Shown here one piece after another: positions 53,001 through 64,000 of a stretch of DNA of 64,000 nucleotides. Made by a program: the position numbers and the translations under genes. This DNA is from Trichoplax sp. H2. Its lineage: Eukaryota. Where the stretch lies: NCBI GenBank assembly GCA_003344405.1, contig NOWV01000012.1, forward strand, positions 620,001 to 684,000, written 5' to 3'. Under the pieces are notes generated by a model. The model was not told the DNA's origin. It searched no databases and worked only from the letters and a program-made list of their open reading frames with translations. Position 1 is the first letter of the stretch. Every line of letters begins with the position of its first letter.

Positions 53001-55003
53001 AATACACTAGCAGAATTAGAGTTATTCTAATACTTTCAATTTCACAAAATTTATCCTATTGACATCTGGGGTTACTCGCATATACAATATTTTTTACCCC
53101 AAGATAATGCAATATTAGCGTTTCAATCAAGCCTACAAGACTTCTACAGCTAAATATCGCTGCAATTTTTATTCATCTTATTTGGTAAGTTAAGTGATTC
53201 TTTGTTAGATATGGATGAAAAACTATAGCATTATTATATACATCTAGATAGACTACATAGTTGGAGTACTAAATGTATTAAATTTGAAGATATTGCTTAC
53301 TAATGTTAGGCTAGGTTTAATTTGGTATAGAATGATCATTTTAGGTAATGAATTCACAATTATTTCTAATGAATGCTATAATTTTTTGAAAGAGGATCAC
53401 TTACCTCATAGTAGCACCAAGTAACTGCAATAAATTCGTAAATTAGATTAGCTTTCCGATGAATGTAACACAGTATAGGATAAAAATTTAAAAAGAAGAT
53501 GTTAATATATTCTGTATAGATAAATGAATCACCATCTACGTATCTTCTCGGCTATTGAAAATTAGATATCATGATTTAATAGTACGTATATACGGTATTT
53601 TGGATTATGATAAAATGTTTTCTTTTAATAGCGTTTTCGTGTAGTATGTATGGAAGACAAGATATGCAAATAAATTGATAAGCTAACCTTACTATCGCTA
53701 ATTGCTAGTGATAGTTTAGACAGCTTGTTGATAAGGATATCCAATACTTGTACATTACATGGGAATGTCTTTTTCTATGTTCAAACTACATTTCCGTTGC
53801 TAAATTTTTTGAATGTTTTTAAGTACCGTAGTTATGACAATTGCTAAGGAGTTTTTCTTTCTCGAATATGTGCTCCATCAAAAAGGAATAATTAGATATA
53901 TGAATAAACAGCTACTTCATTCTGAAAATCTCATCCCTAATTTTCTAAACAGAAGCAACATAGTGTTCTTGAATAAAATATTTTATCTGAAAATAAATAA
54001 CTAGTGGTGATAGATAGAAATTTTATTGGGTAACTATTCGATGTAAATGTTGAATTTGATTCAATTTAAGTAATAGATCAACATAGATGTATGTAAAGTA
54101 ACGACTTGTATAGAATACTCTGAAATAGGTCTATCGGTTATTAGAAAGGTATAGTAGATAGATAAGATAATTTTTTATTGTTTGACAGTTGTATAGAAAG
54201 CGATAGATAAGAATGTTTACATTATATTCAAAATTTCTATCGAGGTGATAGGATAGATAAAGATTACTTTACAATCATGTAACATTTACACAGAAAGTAA
54301 TAGATTAGAATATTTGATAATTGATAACATTCATGGCCTTAGCATATGAATAGAAAATCATAGATAAGAATGTATTATATTTGTTCAATACTTGTGTAAA
54401 ACTGACACATGAATATAAAAGTATTTACATAGTTCAGCTCGTGCGTACAGCATATACAGCAGAAAGTGATTGACGAGAGCATTTATATCACTACAACATT
54501 TGTTTGGAATCTACGCACTATTTCATGAAATGTATAACACGAAAGTAGGTAGCAATCAGATATTTGTTCAATAGACGAGAATTATTAATATTCATGTTTT
54601 AAAAAAGAGAACGACATATATGTACTGCATATACACTATAGTTAAACAATTTGATAAGCTCATTGCGAATGGGTACGGTCGACGAGTACAGTATACGAGT
54701 TACTCAGAACTCCTATATTATAACTGGCGCTATTTGAAATTAATACTGATTGTAATCAGAAAAGGTTCAAATTATAGCCGTGTGATATATAAACATCTTC
54801 GTTATTACACGGTAGCCAATTTGATATAGGACGATAATATCATTTTCTAAGACAGAATAGCTTATCTAGAGCTATTGTTGTCATGACTTCTTCTATTAAC
54901 AAAGTTGTCATTTTGAATCCCTTTTATAGAGTTAGCATCGAACAGCTACAACCAAGATCGCAAAAATTTTAAGTTGCAATAACTTCAAAGTTAAGCAATA
55001 AGA

Positions 55004-56260
55004 ATGGGCCATCAAAATAATAGCCTTTTCCTCCAAGTCAAAGCAACTCCAACCCCTCCAAGTATCATCGGTGTACAAAATTGGGAATTTGTTTGTTTCA
55101 CAATATTATACAGTATCACTTTTATCCTAAGTCTATTTGGTAATAGCATCATGATTATTTCCATCATTCGTAATAAAACGAAAAATATGAGAGGCGCTAC
55201 CAATTATTTCATTGCTAATTTGGCCTTTTCTGATCTGTTAATTGCTATCTTTGTCATTCCCTATCGTTATAATGAATTCATTTTTAAACGTTGGCAATTA
55301 GGTCGATTACTATGCGCTTTGTTGCCAACCATTGAGAAATCGCTCTTTACAGTCTCTATTTTACAAATATTAGCTATTGCTTATGCACGCCATCGTATTG
55401 TTGTCTTTCCATTTAAAAAAGCATTAACCAAACGGCGTGCTGCTATTATTATATTCCTAGTATGGATCGTAGCTATTTCAGGAGCTATCCCAGTTACAGT
55501 TAAAATGCACTATGACAATATTTTCACTACTAAACGAGCACTTTATTGTGCACCATGGTGGTCATTTGCTTATCAACGTATATATTATCGTGTCTTGTTC
55601 TTTCTCAATGCTGTTCCCATGTTTATTACGTTTGGTATTTATGGCCACGTTTACTACGTTATGAGACGTCGTACCCGACGCAATAATAGCATTAATTCGC
55701 ACAATCCAGCAACTGCTGCTAGCCATCGTAGTATCTTAAAAATGCTACTAGTAATGCTATTATTAAGTTCATTGTGTTGGATACCCTACGGTAGCATGAT
55801 CTTTGTTCTCAGTCTTGTTATTCTTCGCCATCCAAAATTAACATTGATATTATCATTTTTAAAATGGCTTGCAGTCTTTAACTGCTGTCATAATCCATTT
55901 GTATGCTGGATATTTAGCCAGAATTATCGCCAAGAAATGATTTACGTCATAACATGCGATAAGCGAATATCTGTATTTGATCGTCGGAGACCTGATCGGT
56001 TTACCACTTCTGCCAGTACTCAAAGTAAAAGTATAATGTTGTCTAGCCAACGAAGTAAATCAGGTAGTTTTAAACTTTCACGCCGTACATTATCGTTTTT
56101 TGGAAGCTTTCGTCGTCAATCAAATCAGCAAAATAAAAGTAATAACGATGCTAATGGTAATCAACAGCAAATTCCTTCCAGACAAGTTCAAAAACCCCTT
56201 CAAAATCTGACTAATTGCTTAAGTTCTCCATTAATGCAAAGTAAGGAGGCTATGGTATAA
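55004..56260 (+). CDS. Class A (rhodopsin-like) GPCR, peptide-receptor-like, intronless CDS
   Basis: Seven hydrophobic helices; TM1 GN, TM2 NLAFSD, WQLG..LC, TM4 W, TM6 CWIPY, TM7 NP; Ser-rich C-tail. Confidence 0.93.
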   Translation: MGHQNNSLFLQVKATPTPPSIIGVQNWEFVCFTILYSITFILSLFGNSIMIISIIRNKTKNMRGATNYFIANLAFSDLLIAIFVIPYRYNEFIFKRWQLGRLLCALLPTIEKSLFTVSILQILAIAYARHRIVVFPFKKALTKRRAAIIIFLVWIVAISGAIPVTVKMHYDNIFTTKRALYCAPWWSFAYQRIYYRVLFFLNAVPMFITFGIYGHVYYVMRRRTRRNNSINSHNPATAASHRSILKMLLVMLLLSSLCWIPYGSMIFVLSLVILRHPKLTLILSFLKWLAVFNCCHNPFVCWIFSQNYRQEMIYVITCDKRISVFDRRRPDRFTTSASTQSKSIMLSSQRSKSGSFKLSRRTLSFFGSFRRQSNQQNKSNNDANGNQQQIPSRQVQKPLQNLTNCLSSPLMQSKEAMV

Positions 56261-58785
56261 TTGTGTCATTATTCAAAATCAAGATCAAATATATCATCTG
56301 TTCTTTTTAAACTTTCAATCTCTTATAGTATAATCTTAATGATTTGTTTACCGAATCATAACAGAGCTATCTTCTACCACTGATAATAATATTACTATTA
56401 TTTATAGGGTAATTTAACTTATACTAGGTAATTAAATACAACTATAATTATCTGCAGCTATCTATAACTACCCTGCTATAATTAATTTGATTAAGCTTAA
56501 TCCTTAAAGTTAGCAAGTAAATTAAATTCTGAAATTTTAATCAAATTTATTATGATTACTAAGATTTTTATTCCTTCAATTATTAAACTTATGTTTATAA
56601 ATTAGAAACTAGTATCACTTAATAAGTTTCAAAATAGATTGACCACACTATGCCATATTAATAGTGGCTTTTTAATCTCCATAAGAAAAATCGACGATAA
56701 ACATAAACTGGAATCAGTAGTCTTAACGCTAAGTATAATATTTAAATTCTATAAAACCCAGCCTTATTAAATGAAATGATCTTATAAATCTTACTCAGTT
56801 TTATCTATCCATTTTGTTTCAGCTCGCAATAATATTTACCTGTCTTCACGATTTCATTAATCATGTATCATCGTATCATTTAAGGTTTAATAAAACTAAC
56901 CAAATATTCAGACTAAAATCATCCGTATTTATCTTATTGTATGGAATACCAAGTAATCAATGCTATATTACTTAATATTGCAAAAGTTGTATAGAATATT
57001 GTAATATTACATATTAATATAGTTATTTAATGCTGTAATCAGCTTTCCTCCGATATACAGTTCATATTGTTATATAGGATTTCAATCATCGTTTCTCTAA
57101 TTGAATTAGCTGTATACTGTACTATAGTTTATTTGCAATTATACATAAAGGAATAAGCATAAGAGGAACTGGTATATTTATTCTAACTTAGTATACTGTA
57201 AAAGTGGACAACTCTGTCCAAACTGATCGCTTCTACGACTCGTCTCATAGATTGAAAATGGCAGCTTTCATAAGTACGTTTAATATCGCTTAAAACTACA
57301 ATATTTCTTTACGCTTTTCCTCATCATAAATTCTATCGCTATTATTTAATAGCTAACCGGTTCTTATGCTTTTATTTTTTACTACATTAGCAATTTTCTG
57401 CCTTATTTTTTATCAGAAGTTCAAGAATCAGGATGAAAATAGCAGGCAATTAGCCAAGGATTAATCTAATCAGTTGACCGTTATTGAATCTATCGCTCGT
57501 GCTTGCATGTTGTAGACTTCTTCGTACATTGATACTGTAAGTAGACAACTAAAATACACAGGTCGATGCTATAAAGTAACGGCATAATTTGTCAAGTGTC
57601 GAAATTGTACAATGCACACCTTAGATGGGAGTAAATGTTCCTATTGATATTCTTTACTAAGTTATGAACTAAGTCACAATTAGAAAAGAGAAGTGTTACC
57701 GGTAACCTAACAATAATGCTTATTTATCAGGATTAATATAACTAATAAGAAAGCTGTATGAAATTTAGTTAAATATTCACATGATGAAATTTTGACTTCT
57801 TTCCATTATTTTAATACGATAATTAATGGATAGTTATTAAAATGACGTAAGCTACTTTTTACCTTCTGAAACGATACCAAGGATTGTGATTTGTTTGGTT
57901 TAAATGTAAATTTCCTTTTTTAGTTCATTTCGATATATCTTTATGAAGATTATCAAGTTCCGAAACAAGAAAATTGAAGTAGTAAAGTGCTTTTATTACT
58001 TGTAATAAGAAGAACTTTCTTTGAGCAATACAGCCTAAGACTTCGAAATATATTTACGAAAATGATATTGTGATCGGAAAAAGTAATACAAATTTGCAAA
58101 TAGGATTGAATTAAGATTCTTAGAAAAGTAAGCGAACTAATAGTCTTTCAAAGTCAGATACTAATAATACGTTAAGATATATGTTATACCAGTATGAAAG
58201 ACTCTTACAAATAATACATTATCTCCTGCCCAGTACAATCAAATACTGTAGAGCGTTGCTTGCACAAAAGCTAAAGTTTGTGTTAGATTTACAGATTTTC
58301 AATAAGTCTGTAGTCTTCTGTAATACAATAGAAGTGCACTAAATCTACAGAAAAACGAATTTTTCGGTGCATATTAATAGTCGATGGCCAGCATCGATTA
58401 ATTAGCAACATCATATTTCCTTGAATAAAAATCATATAGCTAGACCAGCTTAGTATTGATAATTATGACGAATCATGAATAGTTTTACATTATATACTAA
58501 AATTGTCCTTTATAACACACATATGTTATTCTACTTCGTGACATCGGTCAGAATACAAGTTAATATAGCATGCTTTAAAAATTTAGTTGCAAAATCTAGT
58601 ATGGCATATTTTATCAGACATTTTTCGAAGTATCTTGATCGAATAGATCATAACATAGCTACTAAACTCGTATATTGCATATTTTACATGTCAGTTTTAT
58701 TTATATGTTAATATAAAGAAGTTCTTTCTTAACTTGGCATAGAATGAAAATTTAAAAGGAGTTGGAAGATATATATATAACAATG

Positions 58786-61700
58786 CTAATCTTTTACTTT
58801 TACAAAAGGATGATTCAGTAATTCGCTAGTCGTCCATCTATCTTGTGGATCGTGTACTAAGCAGCGACTGAGGAAATCCTTTCCTTCATCGCTAATGGAA
58901 TCTGGTGTAACTGGAGCTGCACCACTTCCAACTTGGAACATAATAGCAAATTCGTCATCGAATTCTGACCACGGATGCTAAGTAATAAGTAATTCCGTTA
59001 GTTAAGGTACGTGATTAGCTGGTATTAGAATTTGTATAGCTATAATATTAATGTAAATATAAATTCTCGTAAGCTCACACTATGGATGTATCAACTTACT
59101 CTGCCAGTTACCATCTCGATTACTACACATCCTAAGCTCCAAATATCGACTGCTCTACCATGTCCTTTTCGTTTATTTTCAGTTATCATTTCAGGGGCCA
59201 TAAAGGCTAAAAATTATAGGTATAAGATGAATTTACCGATTAAGGCAATTAATTGATATTTTTTAATTAAAACGGGTCTCTATCTTCAAATTTGCTAAAT
59301 CACCTGTGGTTCCTCTCATATTATTAAATTCACCATACATAGTCGTAGTTTTAGACAGTTTAACGGAACAACCAAAATCTCCGAGCTTGATAAGACCATT
59401 TCTTGCCAAAAAAATGTTATTACCTGAAAAGATAGTAGGTATTCGATTAAGATTGGAGCTAATTAATACAGTGATTCTGCAAACACAAATAGTCTAATAA
59501 GGTTGTAAGAAATGGAAGAAGATGTAGGTTGTGGATTTAACGTTCTAGTACAGTGAACAAATTTGTACCTTTAATATCCCGATGTACAATACCATTTTCA
59601 TGTAAAAAATCGATTGCAACCAAAATTTGCTTCGTGTATCTACGAATCATTGCTTCAGGTAATCCATTTTTGGCAGCGTCACTGATTGTACCTTCGTTAC
59701 AGTATTCCATGAAGATTAACAATTGCTCCTAAGCACACAAGTATTAATATGTTATTTCTAGCATTGAGAAGTGTTCTAGAAAATAATACGAACACAATAT
59801 CATATTTGCAAAAAGTAGATATTTATACGTAGTTTACATGATTTATTGCATACAAGACATAACAAAGTTATCTCTTACTCTGTGAATTTCAGCCCCATAA
59901 CATTTTACGAGATTAGGATGATTAATATTTTCGATATTGCCGATTTCATCAGCTATTTCTCTAATGGAAGCCAAGTCACCGCGTTGAAAGCGAATCTAGT
60001 AATCATAAGTACGATATTAGTAATTAAAGTTACAGAAAGGAGCTTATACACATCTAGTATGCTTTAAAATTAAATTCATAGCTTAGTTGATTATTTCTGT
60101 ATGTACGATAATTTTATTTTATTTGTATCAAATTAAAATAAAACAAAATTCCGCAAGGTATAATACCTCCTTCATTGCCATTATTTCTCCAGTGTCTAAA
60201 CTGATGCAAGTATAAACTTTACCAAATCTACCTTCACCTAGGGTAAAGAATATCGTATAACTAAATAAGCAAGGGCTACCTTACCGTACTGTGCATTGAA
60301 AAATAGTGGTATAGCACCATTTCAATTGTAATCAAAATTTTTCTGAAAACATACCAATTTTTTTGCTACGCTGCCAGCGATATTTCACCTTCCTTATTAT
60401 TAATGCATCGATTAATCCGCTAGCAACATCTCTGTGACGATTACAAAGTCTGCCAATGACATCATCATTAAATAGTTTTTTTTCTCTTCTTTCTTCTAGT
60501 TTTTCTATGTAGTATAGGACTCGTATAGAGCGTGGATATCTATCAATTTCTGAATTATTGTGGCTTAAAGAATATACTCCACTGCTGTTACTAGATGAGG
60601 TCGTTTGATGTGAGAATCCTGATACGGGTAAGGGACCAGGAGAATTGACACTAAAAAAATCAGCAATGGTTTCGTGTTCGGAATCGCTACCTGAGAAGCT
60701 ACCGAGTCTTTGAACTAGTAAATTGCAATATATTAAGATTGTTATCAATAAACGCGGTAACCAATTGTATGGTTATTTCTGGAATTTACATAAGGAATAC
60801 TTACGGACATCGCCTTTTAGTTTATCAGCTATACTAGTGGGATATGATACTGGTCGTTGTAGCTTCTGAACTGTGCTAGATGGTGATTTTGGTGGCAAGA
60901 TTATTCTAGAGCTTTTCGATTTCTTGTACTTATCCATTATTGGATTACCAATGATGTGTGCTACGCATTTATCTGTCGATGCCTTTAGTAGCTAGATTCG
61001 AACGATATCATTTTTGAGTCATTATAATGATAACATCTAATTTTACTACATTATAGCGTTATATAGATCTATCGACTTACTTGAAAATTATCTTCTGATA
61101 TATGGGCTACATTTTGTGGACTACATACCACAGATAGAAATTCTAAGCCTTGCAATGACCATCTATATATTTTAACATAAAAGGTGCTGTAAGTTGTGCT
61201 ATCGCGATAAATCATGTTTCAAAACTGTCGTATTGTGTTATGTCATAACAGATCTAAAAATAATCAAGGATAACAAAAAGAATACATTATGATGTTTCGT
61301 ACAATCGATATCTTATCTCCTTAGTTTAAAGACAATGATTGAATACCTTGGTTTGGATCCTCTGCCTTTTTCGCAATTCTTTTGGACGAAAGCTGTCCAT
61401 TGCAAAGCTAAGTCGATTAAATGAGGTCCTAGAGGAACTGAAATTTCTTCCCATCCTAACAGTCGAATAATTTCTCGATGATACTAAGTGAAGGAAGTAA
61501 AATAATGAAATGTCAAAAAAATTCTACAATTAAAAATGAACGATCTAATGCACAAGCGTGTATGCAAAGACGTAAAACAACAACACACCTCGAATCCCAT
61601 ATTGTAGCAGGCGTGCATAGTTTCAACATAGTAAGAATGAGTTACGACTTCGTGTAGGTTAGAATGTACACGTTCTATGGCGCTGCAGATTTCTTCACTT

Positions 61701-64000
61701 AATGAATAAATCGAATTCTATAAATAAATTAGATTAATAGGGATAAAATGTAAATCATTTCTCTATCAATGCTGGTTGTAGAAATGTTATATCATTAATT
61801 TAATAAATTAGCAATCGTAAGCTATTGCTAGTAATTACTCTGAGTATGTCAAGTGAATCTAATACTCCTTGATGACAAGTCGTTTTCTTATTAACTAAGG
61901 TTACTGAATCCTTCAGAAGTTTCTGAAATTTATGCCGCTGTTGCCCTAGCTGCGCTGAATTTTCAACAAGCAGTGTTAAGTGATCGACCTACAGCGCCGA
62001 TGGAGAATATCAAAGGATACATAAAATATTTTAATATTTTATAACAATAGACACTCAATTGACATATATTATTTATACGTCGATATATTTGCTTACAATA
62101 ATATCAGATAAGGCAATTGCTGCTTCTATTGATGAATCGACAAAAACCATACTTTCAGACCGACGTATCGTAGTTAGCGGTTTAGTTTCATTACTGTTTG
62201 TTATTATCAATAGATAATAATCCTGATCGCTATTAGAAGAATCAGGAGTATCTCTACTACAACACACATTCATTAATTTTGAAATGGCCCTAAAGAGATA
62301 AGAATATGATAAGTGTCTTACATATTTCAGCAATAATCCAATTACTTAATAAACAGGCAGTAGAAGAATAATATAATTCTATCTTACTTCTTGTTTTTCA
62401 CCATGCCAACAGGAGCAAATATCAGCATACCAGTTGTATGACGCGTTACAACTTGTACGTGACCAGTTTCGTATAATTTTTGAACAATGATATCGTGCTC
62501 ATCTTGTATCTTGAACGTTGCAGCAATTTCTAAGTCCTAATTTATGAAATATGATTTAATTGAGCTAAGGAGTACAATTTAGTAAGTTTCAAATAATCTT
62601 CATTACAGTATTGGATATACGCTTATCGGTAATAAGGAAAATGTATAGAGCGTTAATATGTTCTACATATAAAGGGTTATATGATAGATATAAAGTTTAT
62701 TGTTTGAATTAGTTGTATAACGAAGTCATGTTGGCGCACCGTACATATTAGTAGGTACCTTTTTCAGCATTTTTGCGAAACTTAGAGCTTTATTTGCTTG
62801 TTGTTTAGCTTGGTTGAATAAGTCTCTACAGTAGCGGCTTATATCATTGACTTTACGTCTAAAGAGTAAATAATATTTTCAATTCAGCTTCTTGATAAGA
62901 AACACTTTGATAACGTACGTAAGATTACTAGAATTATAATAAATGAATTAATTAATTAAAATTGAAGTTTACCTTGATCCATCAGTTAAAACATTTTCTG
63001 CTGTATTATCTTCCACCTCCATGCAATACTCGTCTAGTTTAGCTTGTAAATAATCACCAGTCGTTTTAATCATACCAGCAGCAAGAGCACTATAAAATTG
63101 ATAAAATTGAATCTTTAGTATTTATGCGTACTGATACTCAATTAATGTTACGATATTTACCGACTATCGTTACGTAACAGTAACAATATTATATAACACA
63201 TGTAACGTTTTCGTGTTCAAATTGGATATATGAGCAATTAAAGTGAATGATATTGTTGTAGAATTACCAGAATCGCTTTGCGGCACCAACTTCACCATCT
63301 AGAATTGAGGATGAAATTTCCCTTAAAAAGGACCACTCTTCCTCAAGGACGTTGTTCATAGAATTGGAGGAAACAGTTTGCCATAGGCTTAACCAGTGAT
63401 GTAAATAATTGAAGTAGACCTGTAAAGGACATGATCAATTAAACGCTTTAATGTTAAATAAGTCTCTTATAAATCGGTCAGTGTAGAACCGAATATACGT
63501 ACTATCAACATTCGGGTTAAATGTAAGGTACTTATATAAAATAGGAAGTCAAAGATAAGTGAAATAAAGAAAATCATATGGATACCCTTTGCATGTCGTG
63601 AAGGTGTTCTTCAAATCCTGCGACATCCGAGTCGAAGATATCTTTATTAACTGAGTCGAAATCGACAAGAATAGCTTCGACAGATTCTTGATAGAAATTT
63701 TTTACTTTAAAGCATGCTAATAGAACTTGTTTACATTCCCGTAATAGCTAGAATATTACGAAAGAATAAATAAGATTCGATAAACAGATTTCTTTAAAGA
63801 TTTTAAAGTTTGAAAAGGTACTTTGAGTGAAAATCTAATAGGACAATTTTTAGGTTTAATTTCAATGGCAATATTAAGTTGCCAAAAAAGAATCTGGCGT
63901 TTTTAGAAAATTTAGCCGATTCCTTGCTTCCTTTCAATTATTATTAATTACCTGTTCAATACTAAAGGATGATGGTTCTGAACTCGGTAAATGCTCCAGC
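58786..64000 (-). CDS. MAP3K4: MAP kinase kinase kinase 4 (MEKK4), 3' portion, multi-exon
   Basis: [68 protein letters not shown] and HPFVK; upstream MEKK4-type [17 protein letters not shown]. The exact last codon is uncertain. Confidence 0.93.

Noticed and set aside
63420-63585. MAP3K4 intron with GTATCCAT donor
   Set aside because: Imperfect U12 donor, and the TCCTTTAC motif abuts the AG rather than lying 10-20 nt upstream. Probably U2-type.

Overview
Eukaryotic, AT-rich, gene-dense animal DNA with many short GT-AG introns. The style suggests a compact basal-metazoan genome such as a placozoan (inference only). Genes reconstructed by manual splicing: CUL5 (5' part, minus), a 3-exon ADAM10/17-like protease (minus), XPO4 (plus, with a U12-type intron), three paralogous genes each encoding four tandem TM2 domains plus a PPxY tail, CYB5R4 (minus), BLOC1S3 (plus), an unknown intronless multi-pass membrane protein, a class A GPCR, and the 3' part of MAP3K4 (minus). 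Top observations: (1) three separate ORF-track entries splice in phase into one ~997-aa ADAM with a short prodomain, an extended possibly multi-pass membrane region and a tandem-repeat SH3-ligand tail; (2) a 4xTM2 gene family with Nedd4/ESCRT-type late-domain motifs; (3) dense mixed TACAGTA/TACTGTA arrays near gene starts that match stacked Tc1/mariner excision footprints, with a CAG-ended TA-flanked MITE also present; (4) 33-62-bp CATRG-ended mini-elements with 7-8-bp target duplications, one next to its empty site. No database searches were run. Family calls rest on recalled motif similarity.
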